Source: Microcystis aeruginosa NIES-2549 (GTDB lineage: Bacteria; Cyanobacteriota; Cyanobacteriia; Cyanobacteriales; Microcystaceae). Taken from it: a stretch of 32,000 nucleotides of DNA. Numbering within the stretch: position 1 is the first letter of the stretch; every line of letters starts with the position of its first letter. Shown in pieces: positions 9,263 through 18,402 of this stretch. The notes under the pieces are model-generated. The model had not been told where the DNA came from and searched no databases. It was given only the letters and a program-made list of their open reading frames with translations. The DNA lies in the NCBI RefSeq assembly GCF_000981785.2, contig NZ_CP011304.1:3420001-3452000 (forward strand), read 5' to 3'. Made by a program: the position numbers and the translations under genes.

Positions 9263-9367
9263 GGGGTGTGGGGTGTAGGGTGTGGGGTGTGGGGTGTGGG
9301 GTGTAGGGTGTAGGGTGTGGGGTGTAGGGTGTGGGGTGTAGGGTGTAGGGTGTGGGGTGTGGGGTGT
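9263..9367 (+). repeat. (GGGGTGT/AGGGTGT) x15 perfect 7-nt tandem array
   Basis: 105 nt with unit pattern G G A G G G A A G A G A A G G (first base of each unit) and no other substitutions. Confidence 0.95.
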
Positions 9368-9377
9368 TTTCTCAGTG

Positions 9378-9405
9378 AACTGATAACTGATAACTGATAA
9401 CTGAA
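9378..9405. repeat. (AACTGAT) x3 plus AACTGAA
   Basis: Direct reading. It is followed by CCGACCG x2. Confidence 0.85.
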
Positions 9406-9492
9406 TCCTGCCGACCGCCGACCGCTTCTTTCAAGTCAGAGAATAAATAGCCTAAAATAGAAACCTGCACTCTTGTTTCTGTAGCCAGCATC

Positions 9493-10833
9493 ATGAATAA
9501 ATCCCCACGTCGTTACCATATCACCACCTTTGGTTGTCAGATGAATAAAGCTGACTCCGAACGCATGGCGGGTATTTTAGAAGATTTGGGGTTTCAATGG
9601 TCCGAGGATGCCAACGAAGCCGATTTAATCCTCTACAATACCTGTACGATTCGCGATAATGCCGAACAGAAGGTATATTCCTATCTCGGTAGACAGGCTA
9701 AACGCAAACAAACTCAACCCGATCTTACTCTAGTGGTCGCTGGCTGCGTGGCCCAACAGGAAGGGGAACAATTATTAAGACGGGTTCCCGAAGTGGATTT
9801 AATTATCGGTCCCCAACACGCCAACCGTTTGGGAGACTTATTACAACAAGTTTTTGACGGTTCCCAGGTGGTAGCCACCGAACCCATCCACATCATGGAA
9901 GATATCACCAAACCGCGCCGGGATAGTAATATTACCGCTTGGGTAAACGTCATCTATGGTTGTAATGAACGCTGTACCTATTGTGTGGTTCCGGGGGTGC
10001 GCGGGGTGGAACAATCTCGCACTCCTGCGGCAATTCGAGCAGAAATGGAACAATTAGGACAACAGGGGTATAAAGAAATCACCCTTTTAGGTCAAAATAT
10101 CGATGCCTACGGACGGGATTTACCCGGAGTGACGGCAAGCGGCCGACATCTGCACAATTTCACCGATTTACTCTACTACATTCACGATGTGGCCGGCATT
10201 GAACGTCTCCGTTTTGCCACCAGTCACCCCCGCTATTTTACCGAACGTTTGATTAAAGCTTGTCAGGAATTACCTAAAGTTTGTGAACATTTTCATATCC
10301 CTTTTCAATCGGGGGATAATGATATCCTCAAGGCGATGAAACGGGGCTATACTCAGGAAAAATACCGACAAATTATTGCTAATATTCGCGATTTAATGCC
10401 GGATGCTGCCATTAGTGCCGATGCGATTGTCGGATTCCCCGGAGAAACAGAGGCACAGTTCGAAAATACTTTAAAATTAGTCGATGAGATCGGTTTTGAT
10501 CAATTAAATACGGCGGCCTATTCTCCCCGTCCAGGCACTCCGGCCGCTATTTGGGATAATCAATTAAGTGAGCAGGTAAAAAGCGATCGCTTACAAAGAT
10601 TAAATCATTTAGTGGCCACAAAAGCCGCCGAACGTTCCCAAAGATATTTAGGCAGAATTGAGGAAATTTTAGTGGAAGACGTTAACCCTAAAGATGCTAG
10701 TCAAGTTATGGGAAGAACTGGAGGTAATCGCTTAACTTTCTTTACGGGAAATATTGAGGAATTGCGCGGCAAATTTGTTAAGGTTAAAATTACCGAAGTC
10801 CGTCCTTTTAGTTTGACGGGAGTGATCTTTTAA
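9493..10833 (+). CDS. miaB: tRNA-2-methylthio-N6-dimethylallyladenosine synthase (radical SAM methylthiotransferase)
   Basis: 446 aa. It has the UPF0004 N-domain TFGCQMN, the radical SAM motif [11 protein letters not shown] and a C-terminal TRAM domain. Confidence 0.9.
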   Translation: MNKSPRRYHITTFGCQMNKADSERMAGILEDLGFQWSEDANEADLILYNTCTIRDNAEQKVYSYLGRQAKRKQTQPDLTLVVAGCVAQQEGEQLLRRVPEVDLIIGPQHANRLGDLLQQVFDGSQVVATEPIHIMEDITKPRRDSNITAWVNVIYGCNERCTYCVVPGVRGVEQSRTPAAIRAEMEQLGQQGYKEITLLGQNIDAYGRDLPGVTASGRHLHNFTDLLYYIHDVAGIERLRFATSHPRYFTERLIKACQELPKVCEHFHIPFQSGDNDILKAMKRGYTQEKYRQIIANIRDLMPDAAISADAIVGFPGETEAQFENTLKLVDEIGFDQLNTAAYSPRPGTPAAIWDNQLSEQVKSDRLQRLNHLVATKAAERSQRYLGRIEEILVEDVNPKDASQVMGRTGGNRLTFFTGNIEELRGKFVKVKITEVRPFSLTGVIF

Positions 10834-10897
10834 TAGTTCACAGTGACCCCTCAGCAGTGAAAAAAGGCAATAGCTATCGGGAATAATTGGGTATTTT

Positions 10898-11284
10898 ATG
10901 GATATTATCGCTATTTTGCAGCAAGATTATCAAAGATTTCCCCTCGATCAAACCTATGATATTTATGCTGATGACGTTTATTTTCAAGACCCTCTCAATC
11001 AATTTCGGGGGATTAAACGCTATCAGGAAATGATTGGTTTTATGGGTCAATGGTTCCAAGCTATCAAGATGGATGTCCACGCAATTGAACAGCAGGGAAA
11101 TATTATTAATACCCGTTGGACATTGCACTGGACAACTCCTTTACCTTGGCGGCCTCGTATCGCTATTTCTGGACGCAGCCAATTAACTCTCGATGACAAT
11201 AATCTGATTATTTCTCATATTGATTATTGGGATTGTTCGCGCTGGGATGTGCTGCGTCAGCATTTACCTTTTCCCAGTTCTTAA
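10898..11284 (+). CDS. DUF2358 (SnoaL-like fold) protein
   Basis: 128 aa. YADDVYFQDPLNQFRGIKRYQEMIGF is typical of the cyanobacterial/plant DUF2358 family. Assigned from memory. Confidence 0.55.
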   Translation: MDIIAILQQDYQRFPLDQTYDIYADDVYFQDPLNQFRGIKRYQEMIGFMGQWFQAIKMDVHAIEQQGNIINTRWTLHWTTPLPWRPRIAISGRSQLTLDDNNLIISHIDYWDCSRWDVLRQHLPFPSS

Positions 11285-11293
11285 CTAGATTTT

Positions 11294-12724
11294 TTAACCA
11301 GAAAATGCCGACCAACGAGCGCTCGTTTGCTTGACAAAATCCTGTAAAAATGCTAGGCGCTGATTTTGTTCCCAGACCTGTTTAACTTTATTCTGCAAAC
11401 TCGTCCAATTCCAATCATTATTCAGTTGCTCGTTAATTTCCTGTTCTTGGAAATATTCAATTAAACTTAAACCTGCTAAACGAGTTAGATAGGCTGCCCC
11501 GATTCCCTGCACTGTACCACCGGCAATATAAGTAATCGCATTTCCCTTGAGAATCGTTCCTAATGCCTGGGTTGTTACCTCTACCATGCCCAATTGTACC
11601 ATCATTTTCCCTAGGGTAGTCATGGCTGTTTTTGCTTGTTCAAGGGACATTTTTTGTTGATAAATTGCCCCTAAATCCACTAACATTTGAGCGTTAGTAG
11701 CTGCCGCTAAAACTAAATCTAGGGCCGCTAGGGGATTAGCAAAAGTGGCAGTAGCGGCTATCCATTGGTATTGTTCGATAACAGGTAAAGCCTTTTTGCG
11801 TCGGGATTGATTGAGTAATTGTTTGGTTTCCTTGGCTAATTCGAGCGCTTGTCTCCAGATAGTTCCCAGAACTAATTGTTGCTTTTCTTGTTCGATAATT
11901 TTTCGGAGATGATTATCTAAAGGAGCGATGACCACGGTTTGAGGTTCCGTCCATTCCTTGATTTCTCCATTGCTTTGATGTTGACGAACTTTTAGGGGTT
12001 CAGGGGCAGCGGCTATGGCTAAAATATGATGAGCAGGAATAGTTTCTTTTAGTCTTTGTTTCAGGGAAAGGAGTATTTCTTCTCTGGTTTCGGCGGGTAA
12101 ACGATCCTGTTTATTCAGTAACAGAATAACACGCTGGTGCATTCGATCGAATTGCTGGAGGATTTGCCATTCGGAATCGGTTAAATCCCCATTGATCAGA
12201 TACAAAACTAAGTCGGATGCTAGGGACTTTTGCTGGTTAGCGGTGGAGTCGAGAGTTAGAAGCGGTTCCGTTTCCAGAAAAGCGATAGATTCCCCAAAGT
12301 TGCCGCTTTCTAGTAGTTTTTTTAAGGCAGTTTTACCAGTTTTTCTAGCACCAGTAATGGCGATTTTCAGGTCTTGGCGACTAAATTCTTGGTTTAATTG
12401 GGTTAAAGTGGTTTTGAGGGGGGTTAAGTCTTGATCGGGGTCTTCTTTGGCCAGATAATTAATTATCTTCTCGGCCTTGCTAATCGCTTGTTTAACCTTT
12501 TCTAGACTCAGGGGAGTGGGGGGGGAAAAATCGATTTTCGCGTTGGGTTTTTGCCAAAACCAGATACCGGCACCAAGAGCAATCGCACCTAAAATACCCC
12601 AGGAACCGACTTCGCTCAGTGTACTATTGAGAGTTTCCCCCAGGGTGAAAGCGATGGTAATGCCTATCCCCGTCACTAAAATCGGTTTACCCAATCTTAC
12701 CGTCATTTTCCTCATCCTCGCCAA
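11294..12724 (-). CDS. membrane-anchored P-loop GTPase-like protein with a DUF697/YcjF-like C-terminal region
   Basis: 476 aa. It has two N-terminal hydrophobic helices, Walker A GARKTGKT and the G4 motif NKQD. The C-terminal hydrophobic segment is IAATATFANPLAALDLVLAAATNAQ. Confidence 0.5.
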   Translation of the reverse strand: MARMRKMTVRLGKPILVTGIGITIAFTLGETLNSTLSEVGSWGILGAIALGAGIWFWQKPNAKIDFSPPTPLSLEKVKQAISKAEKIINYLAKEDPDQDLTPLKTTLTQLNQEFSRQDLKIAITGARKTGKTALKKLLESGNFGESIAFLETEPLLTLDSTANQQKSLASDLVLYLINGDLTDSEWQILQQFDRMHQRVILLLNKQDRLPAETREEILLSLKQRLKETIPAHHILAIAAAPEPLKVRQHQSNGEIKEWTEPQTVVIAPLDNHLRKIIEQEKQQLVLGTIWRQALELAKETKQLLNQSRRKKALPVIEQYQWIAATATFANPLAALDLVLAAATNAQMLVDLGAIYQQKMSLEQAKTAMTTLGKMMVQLGMVEVTTQALGTILKGNAITYIAGGTVQGIGAAYLTRLAGLSLIEYFQEQEINEQLNNDWNWTSLQNKVKQVWEQNQRLAFLQDFVKQTSARWSAFSG

Positions 12725-12882
12725 CTGCTGTGATTATTCTAGCTTTTTTGTGCTGGATTTCATCCCAAACTCAACTTTTTAGCCGACAATTCCCCTGGTT
12801 CGTCCCGGCCGCTCTTGCCTAAAAAGCCCCAGATATGTCATAATGATCGATTGCGTGTAAATTTACCCGATCCCCTGTTGTT

Positions 12883-13077
12883 ATGGCTAGTAAAAAAGGC
12901 GTTCGCCTGATCATCACTGTAGAATGCACGGAATGCCGCAGTAATCCCGATAAGCGTACCCCCGGCGTTTCTCGCTACACCACCAGCAAAAACCGTCGCA
13001 ATACCACCGGCAGACTGGAAATCAAGAAATACTGTCCCCACTGCAATAAGCACACCGTCCACAAGGAAATTAAGTAA
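12883..13077 (+). CDS. rpmG: 50S ribosomal protein L33
   Basis: 64 aa. [11 protein letters not shown]...[13 protein letters not shown] has the zinc-ribbon L33 pattern. Confidence 0.93.
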   Translation: MASKKGVRLIITVECTECRSNPDKRTPGVSRYTTSKNRRNTTGRLEIKKYCPHCNKHTVHKEIK

Positions 13078-13117
13078 ACACACTTTAGTTAAAAAGTCAA
13101 GCAATCTTTACAAATCT

Positions 13118-13333
13118 ATGAGCTACTATCGTAAACGTCTTTCTCCCATCTCCCCCAGTCAACCGATTGACTACAAAGACACCGAACTCCTCCGCAAATT
13201 CATCACCGAACGCGGCAAAATTTTGCCTAGACGTATCACCGGTTTAACTTCTAAACAACAGCGAGATTTAACTGAAGCGGTGAAACGGGCCCGTTTAATG
13301 GCTTTATTGCCTTTTGTCAACCAAGAAGCCTAA
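13118..13333 (+). CDS. rpsR: 30S ribosomal protein S18
   Basis: 71 aa. [43 protein letters not shown]. Confidence 0.95.
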   Translation: MSYYRKRLSPISPSQPIDYKDTELLRKFITERGKILPRRITGLTSKQQRDLTEAVKRARLMALLPFVNQEA

Positions 13334-13336
13334 ATT

Positions 13337-13378
13337 CAGTGATCAGTAATCAGTAATCAGTGAACAGTGATCACTGAA
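13337..13378. repeat. heptamer array CAGTGAT/CAGTAAT/CAGTAAT/CAGTGAA/CAGTGAT/CACTGAA
   Basis: Six units that start 4 nt after the rpsR stop codon. Confidence 0.9.
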
Positions 13379-13604
13379 AATAATTGGCTAATTAAAACAG
13401 TTATCCTAATGGTGGGGTAGGAGGTTCTCCTTTTGGAGAGCCGGTCGTCGATACCAAGTTAGGTTATGCTTCATCTTGATGAGAAACGCTGTAATTAAAC
13501 TCTGATAAGTAATAGAACAAAATTAACTTCTTGGTGAGGATAGGCACTCATGCACTTATGGAAGAGGTAGTTAGATATGTTTAATTAATTGTATCTAGCT
13601 GCTT

Positions 13605-13660
13605 AACTTAAAACTTAAAACTTAAAACTTAAACCTGATAACTGATAACTGATAACTGAT
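13605..13660. repeat. eight heptamers in one register: AACTTAA x4, ACCTGAT, AACTGAT x3
   Basis: 56 nt. The register is kept across the change of unit type. Confidence 0.9.
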
Positions 13661-13831
13661 CTCAGTATCTTGGGGTTGCTTTCTCGTTTTTGCAAAGAAA
13701 TATATCGGAATCGGCAGCGGATAGGAAAAATTGTGCGAGGATCTTAAGAAATAATTAAATCGCTCTAGGAGTAGCCGACGATTTTGTGATTATCGATCCA
13801 CATCCACCAATTAGCACAAGGGGAGGCTCTT

Positions 13832-16060
13832 ATGGAAAAGCAGCCATCAGCAATCGATACCGAGTTGGATGCACAGCTAAAAGAGGAGGATTCCGAGCAG
13901 TTTCTGCGTAGTATATTTAATTCCGTGCAAGCGTCGATTTTTGTGGTGGACGTGCTGGAAAATAGAGATTTTCGCTATGTGGGTGCAAACCCCGTTCATG
14001 AATGCTGGACAGGATTGCGCTCATCAGATATTAAAGGCAAAACTCCCGAACAAATCCTTCCCCCCGATGATGCGCGTAGTGTGCGGCAACACTACAGTGA
14101 TTGTGTACGTTACGGAACGACTATTTCCTACGAACAGTATTTACCTTTTCAAAATATACCCTACTGGTGGCTAACGACTTTAACACCCCTACGGGATGAC
14201 AATGGGTGCATCTATCGTTTAGTGGGAACCAGTACCAATATCACCGAACGCAAACAGGCGGAAGAAGCTTTAAGATTACAAGCAGAACGGGAACAACTAT
14301 TGGGGGTAATGCAGGAAAGAATCCGGCAATCGTTGGATCTTGATCGCATTTTGCAAAGAACTGTTAAAGAGGTAAGACAATTTCTTAACTGCGATCGAGT
14401 GTTAATTTATCGTTTATTCCCCGATCATAGTGGCATGATTGTGGTGGAATCCCATGCTGCGAGGATTAATTCTGTCTTAGGAAACAGGATCCAGGATCCC
14501 TGTTTTAATTTATCCTCAGAACGTCTGGAAAATTATCGTCGCGGGAGAATTCAAGTTATTGAAAATGTTCATAATTCGGGACTTGATCCCTGTTATCGCA
14601 GCTTACTCACCTCTTTGCAAGTACAGGCTAACTTGGTGGTGCCAATTATCTGCGATAACCAACTCTGGGGGTTACTAATTGCCCAAAACTGCCAAAAAAC
14701 TCGCTCTTGGCAATCCCAAGAAATCGATCTGCTCAAACAATTAGCCATTCAAGTGGGAATTGCCATTCAACAAGCGGAACTACACCAACGGGTAAAATGC
14801 TTGAATACTGCTCTAGAATCGGAGGTTCAGCAAAGAACCGCCGAATTGCAGATGACTTTGAAGTATGAAGCATTAATCGGACGGATTACCGAAAAAATTC
14901 GCGATAGTCTCGATGAAAATCATATTCTGCAAACTACCACCAGGGAATTAGTGCAGGTTTTACCCGTAGAAAGGGCCCAGATTGAGCTTTATGATCCCAG
15001 TCGCAGCAAAGCTACTATTGTCCACGAATATACCACTCAAGAGCTTATCTGTCAGGGAATTACCCGTCAAATTAGCGATTTTCCCGAAATCTATCAACCG
15101 CTGCTGCACAAACAAATTTTACAGTTTGTTGATCGTCTTCCTCTTGGCAATCCGCAAATTGGTCGTGTTAACCGTTGTGCTTGTGCTATCTTTGACGATC
15201 AGGGTTTTTTGGGCAATCTTTGGCTAATTCGACCAGCTAATCATATTTTTAACTCCTTAGAAACTAATTTGATTCAACATATTGCCACCGAATGTGCGAT
15301 CGCTATTCGACAAGCGCGACTTTACGAATCTTCCCAAGCACAAGTGAGGGAATTAGAAAAACTGGAAAGATTAAAAAGCGAATTCCTGAAAACCCTTTCC
15401 CATGAACTGCGAACCCCGATTACCAGCATTCGTCTAGCGGTGGAAACCCTAGAAAGTCTCCTAGAATATCGAGGGATCGAGATCGATCCAGAGGATTCGA
15501 TCGGTCAACTGTTGCAAATTCTTAACATTGAATCTCAACGTCAGAGCAAGTTAGTTAATGATCTGTTGACTTTAACCTATCTGGATGCGGAAAGCGAACC
15601 CCCAGCGATCGAAGCGATCGACTTACTTTCTTGGCTACCCTTATTAGTGGAACCTTTTCGTCATCTCACCCGCGAGCGACAACAGCAGTTAATTTTAGAT
15701 ATAGATGGGGATATACCGGAGATTAACACCAGTCTGTGTCATATCGAGCGCATCATAGCGGAATTACTGACCAATGCGTCTAAATATACCCCAGAGCAGG
15801 GAATAATTAGGGTAAATGTCTGGCGTGCGGACGAGCAAATATTAATTAGTGTGAGCAATTCAGGAGTAGAAATCGCTCCAGAGGAATTATCAAGAATATT
15901 CGCCCCTTTTTATCGCATTCCTAACCAAGATCCCTGGCGCTACAGTGGCACCGGTTTAGGTTTAGCTTTGGTCTGCAAACTGATTAAACCCCTGAATGCT
16001 ACCATCGATGTCACCAGTGCCAATGCTGTCACCACTTTTACCCTCACCTTGCCAATCTAG
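13832..16060 (+). CDS. sensor histidine kinase, PAS-GAF-GAF-HisKA-HATPase
   Basis: 742 aa. The N-terminal PAS region ends in TNITERKQAEE. Two GAF-like blocks follow, then the H-box FLKTLSHELRTPIT, the N-box ELLTNASKYTP and the G-box GTGLGLALV. There is no adjacent response regulator. Confidence 0.85.
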   Translation: MEKQPSAIDTELDAQLKEEDSEQFLRSIFNSVQASIFVVDVLENRDFRYVGANPVHECWTGLRSSDIKGKTPEQILPPDDARSVRQHYSDCVRYGTTISYEQYLPFQNIPYWWLTTLTPLRDDNGCIYRLVGTSTNITERKQAEEALRLQAEREQLLGVMQERIRQSLDLDRILQRTVKEVRQFLNCDRVLIYRLFPDHSGMIVVESHAARINSVLGNRIQDPCFNLSSERLENYRRGRIQVIENVHNSGLDPCYRSLLTSLQVQANLVVPIICDNQLWGLLIAQNCQKTRSWQSQEIDLLKQLAIQVGIAIQQAELHQRVKCLNTALESEVQQRTAELQMTLKYEALIGRITEKIRDSLDENHILQTTTRELVQVLPVERAQIELYDPSRSKATIVHEYTTQELICQGITRQISDFPEIYQPLLHKQILQFVDRLPLGNPQIGRVNRCACAIFDDQGFLGNLWLIRPANHIFNSLETNLIQHIATECAIAIRQARLYESSQAQVRELEKLERLKSEFLKTLSHELRTPITSIRLAVETLESLLEYRGIEIDPEDSIGQLLQILNIESQRQSKLVNDLLTLTYLDAESEPPAIEAIDLLSWLPLLVEPFRHLTRERQQQLILDIDGDIPEINTSLCHIERIIAELLTNASKYTPEQGIIRVNVWRADEQILISVSNSGVEIAPEELSRIFAPFYRIPNQDPWRYSGTGLGLALVCKLIKPLNATIDVTSANAVTTFTLTLPI

Positions 16061-16089
16061 TCGAGCGGAAAACTTTTTAGAAAAAAACC

Positions 16090-16118
16090 TTGCAATTATT
16101 TCGAGGGCGTGCTATATT
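16090..16118 (+). promoter_or_regulatory. sigma70-type promoter candidate for tRNA-Phe
   Basis: TTGCAA (16090-16095), a 17-nt spacer, then TATATT (16113-16118), about 19 nt upstream of the mature tRNA 5' end. Confidence 0.45.
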
Positions 16119-16136
16119 AAGAAAGGACTGAAAAAA

Positions 16137-16209
<73 letters not shown>

Positions 16210-16522
16210 TCGGAAAAACACGAAAATTTGCCCTGTATTTACTTTCTGGTCTGCTAGGTTTTGTAAATGCAGCTGACTGTCTTAGGTTTGGTAGGTAAAA
16301 TGTATTCTAAGATACAGTCTTGCAGGCGAACGACTGGAACGAACCACTCCAGACACAAAGATTGATCGCTACTATATCAGTTAAACTTATCACACAAAGA
16401 ATAAGAGAGCCTGCAGCCTTTCTCGTCAAGATGAAGTGTAACCTAATTTGGTAAGCTAAAAGCTTTGATGTACTTAGTTTCTGACCTTGTTTTTAGGTGG
16501 GAGAATTGCCAGATTCTTTCTT

Positions 16523-16550
16523 TTGCCTGTTGCCTGTTGCCTCTTGCCTA
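16523..16550. repeat. heptamer array TTGCCTG x2, TTGCCTC, TTGCCTA
   Basis: Direct reading. Confidence 0.85.
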
Positions 16551-16640
16551 TCTTCACTAGGAAATTAATTTTGCACGACTACTTACTTTTTGATTTTGGG
16601 CTTGACGTAAGCGGTCACGGATTAAGATAATCTAACAAGT

Positions 16641-17384
16641 ATGTACGACAATGAAATCCTAGACTCTAGCAACTCCTCAAATAATCCTCTCGATGGGAGC
16701 GATCCGGATCAAGCAGCGGAAATCCCCCCCGATCCCGAGGAAATGCTTTCATTGCTTACTTCTGCTCATGTGAGCGAGAGGATGATCGCGGCCCGCGCCT
16801 TTTGTGAATTGCGTGACGAAAGAGCGATCGCCCCGTTACTGGAGATGTTAAACGATGTCTGTCCCCTAGTGCGTGTTAGTGTCGCCTATGCTTTGGGACG
16901 AAATCCCAGTCTTAGCGCCGTGGAGCCTTTAATCGATTTACTGGCCAGGGATTGGAATGGTTACGTCAGAAAAGGGGTAGTTTGGGCCCTGGGTAACTGT
17001 GGCGATCACAGAGCGATCGAGCCTTTGGTTCATGCTCTTAAAACTGATATTTCGGCGGTGCGATTATGGGCTGCCAGTAGTTTGGCCCAGATTGCCAAGG
17101 TCAATTATGAAGATATCATCACCGTGTTGCCGCCTTTAATTGAAGGATTGCGCCGAGATTTAATCGCAGCCGTGCGGAGTAATTGCGCTTGGTCGATCGG
17201 TCAATTATGCCGAGAATTGCCCTTCAATGTGATTTATGCCACGGCGATCGATGCTTTGATCGAGGCCTTGGTGGAAGATGAGGATTTAGGTGTCAAGGAA
17301 GATGCGAGAGGTGCTTTATTAAAAGTGGGCGACCCGAGAGGATTACAATTGATCGAGGAATTAGAGCTTGAAGGAATTATCTAA
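16641..17384 (+). CDS. HEAT-repeat protein (PBS-lyase HEAT-like repeats, CpcE/NblB-like architecture)
   Basis: 247 aa with repeated units of the type VRxxAAxALGxxGDxRAIEPLIxxLxD. Confidence 0.7.
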   Translation: MYDNEILDSSNSSNNPLDGSDPDQAAEIPPDPEEMLSLLTSAHVSERMIAARAFCELRDERAIAPLLEMLNDVCPLVRVSVAYALGRNPSLSAVEPLIDLLARDWNGYVRKGVVWALGNCGDHRAIEPLVHALKTDISAVRLWAASSLAQIAKVNYEDIITVLPPLIEGLRRDLIAAVRSNCAWSIGQLCRELPFNVIYATAIDALIEALVEDEDLGVKEDARGALLKVGDPRGLQLIEELELEGII

Positions 17385-17985
17385 ACCGCTAATTTTGGGC
17401 GTTACAGGGGCATCAGGGCTGATTTATGCTGTCCGTACTCTCAAATATCTACTTTTAGCCGACTACACGATCGATCTAGTGGCTTCCAAATCAGCTTACA
17501 CTGTCTGGCAAGCGGAAGATCAGACGCGGATGCCTCCAGAACCGGAACTGCAAGAACAATTTTGGCGCAGCCAATGCGGGGTGATGGAAGGGGGAAAATT
17601 ACGCTGTCATCGTTGGGGCGATGTGGGGGCAACGATCGCCAGTGGTTCCTATCGCACCCTTGGTATGGTAATTATTCCCTGTAGCATGAGTACAGTGGCT
17701 AAATTAGCGGGGGGGTTAAGTTCCGATTTGCTAGAAAGAGCGGCCGATGTGCAGATTAAGGAGGGCAGAAAATTGGTTTTAGTGCCGCGAGAAACCCCTT
17801 TTAGTTTAATTCATCTGCGTAATTTAACCACTTTAGCCGAGGCGGGCGTTAGAATTGTGCCAGCAATACCGGCATGGTATCACCATCCTCAATCGATCGA
17901 GGATTTGGTCGATTTTGTCATCGCTCGTACTCTCGATCAGTTAGATATCGATTGTGTGGCCATTAATCGCTGGCAAGGACATTAA
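17368..17985 (+). CDS. ubiX: flavin prenyltransferase UbiX
   Basis: 205 aa. PLILGVTGASGLIYAVR, IIPCSMSTVAKLA and LVLVPRETP are present. The start is TTG at 17368, preceded by GAGGAA, and the gene overlaps the HEAT gene by 17 nt. Confidence 0.85.
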   Translation: MKELSKPLILGVTGASGLIYAVRTLKYLLLADYTIDLVASKSAYTVWQAEDQTRMPPEPELQEQFWRSQCGVMEGGKLRCHRWGDVGATIASGSYRTLGMVIIPCSMSTVAKLAGGLSSDLLERAADVQIKEGRKLVLVPRETPFSLIHLRNLTTLAEAGVRIVPAIPAWYHHPQSIEDLVDFVIARTLDQLDIDCVAINRWQGH

Positions 17986-18060
17986 CAGTTATCAGTTATC
18001 AGTTATCAGTTATCAGTGGGTAAGTTATCAGTTGATAGTGGACAGTGGTTAGTGGTTAGT
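17986..18060. repeat. heptamer arrays CAGTTAT x4 grading into GTGGTTA units
   Basis: The array starts at the nucleotide immediately after the ubiX TAA (17983-17985). Confidence 0.9.
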
Positions 18061-18168
18061 GGGAAAGCATCTCATTTATGCAAGTGAGTAATTATACTTA
18101 TCCATAAAACTGGTTTCTAGCAAGACTTTCAAAATAGCTTGACATAAAAACCTGATTGAGATGCTCCC
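18061..18168. mobile_element. 108-nt MITE-like element, same TIR family as 8639-8702
   Basis: The TIRs are GGGAAAGCATCTCA (18061-18074) and TGAGATGCTCCC (18157-18168). It is flanked by GTGGTTAGT at 18052-18060 and at 18169-18177. Confidence 0.55.
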
Positions 18169-18186
18169 GTGGTTAGTTAGTGGTTA

Positions 18187-18319
18187 GGGACCTGCGCTTT
18201 GATAATGTACCTTTTGGGCGAACGCAGTTCGCCCCTACATTGTGGACAAAATCCGTTACTGTAGGGGCGCAAAGCTTGCGCCCTCCGATCGATTGGGATA
18301 TTATTCCCACGCAAGTCCC
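18187..18319. mobile_element. 133-nt MITE-like element with nested GC-rich palindromes
   Basis: The TIRs are GGGACCTGCG (18187-18196) and CGCAAGTCCC (18310-18319), matching 9 of 10, with flanking TTA on both sides. Internal hairpins are GGGCGAAC-gca-GTTCGCCC (18216-18234) and GGGCGCAA-agc-TTGCGCCC (18265-18283), plus CCCCTACA/TGTAGGGG. Confidence 0.55.
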
Positions 18320-18320
18320 T

Positions 18321-18390
18321 TAGTGATTGATCACTGATCACTGTTTACTGATAACTGTTTACTGGTCACTGTTTACTGATCACTGAATCA
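18321..18390. repeat. ten heptamers of consensus TGnTnAC (TGATCAC, TGTTTAC, TGATAAC, TGGTCAC)
   Basis: 70 nt in perfect 7-nt register, ending 12 nt before the ATG at 18403. Confidence 0.9.
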
Positions 18391-18402
18391 AGGGAGGTAA
18401 AA

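Noticed and set aside
9263-9367. Whether any of the tandem arrays could be CRISPR.
   Set aside because: The units are 7 nt (or 14 and 21 nt) with no unique spacers, and there are no cas genes in the window.
9714-12782. ORFs 9714-9953(-), 9841-10053(-), 10874-11128(-), 12192-12434(+) and 12477-12782(+).
   Set aside because: They are antisense to miaB, the DUF2358 gene or the GTPase-like gene, with no motifs.
12838-13104. 88-aa minus-strand ORF over rpmG.
   Set aside because: It is antisense to a canonical L33 gene.
13471-13487. The hammerhead-like string CTTGATGAGAAAC inside the 40-nt inverted repeat.
   Set aside because: It lacks the CUGA box and has no stem II between GAUGAG and GAAAC, so it cannot form the catalytic core.
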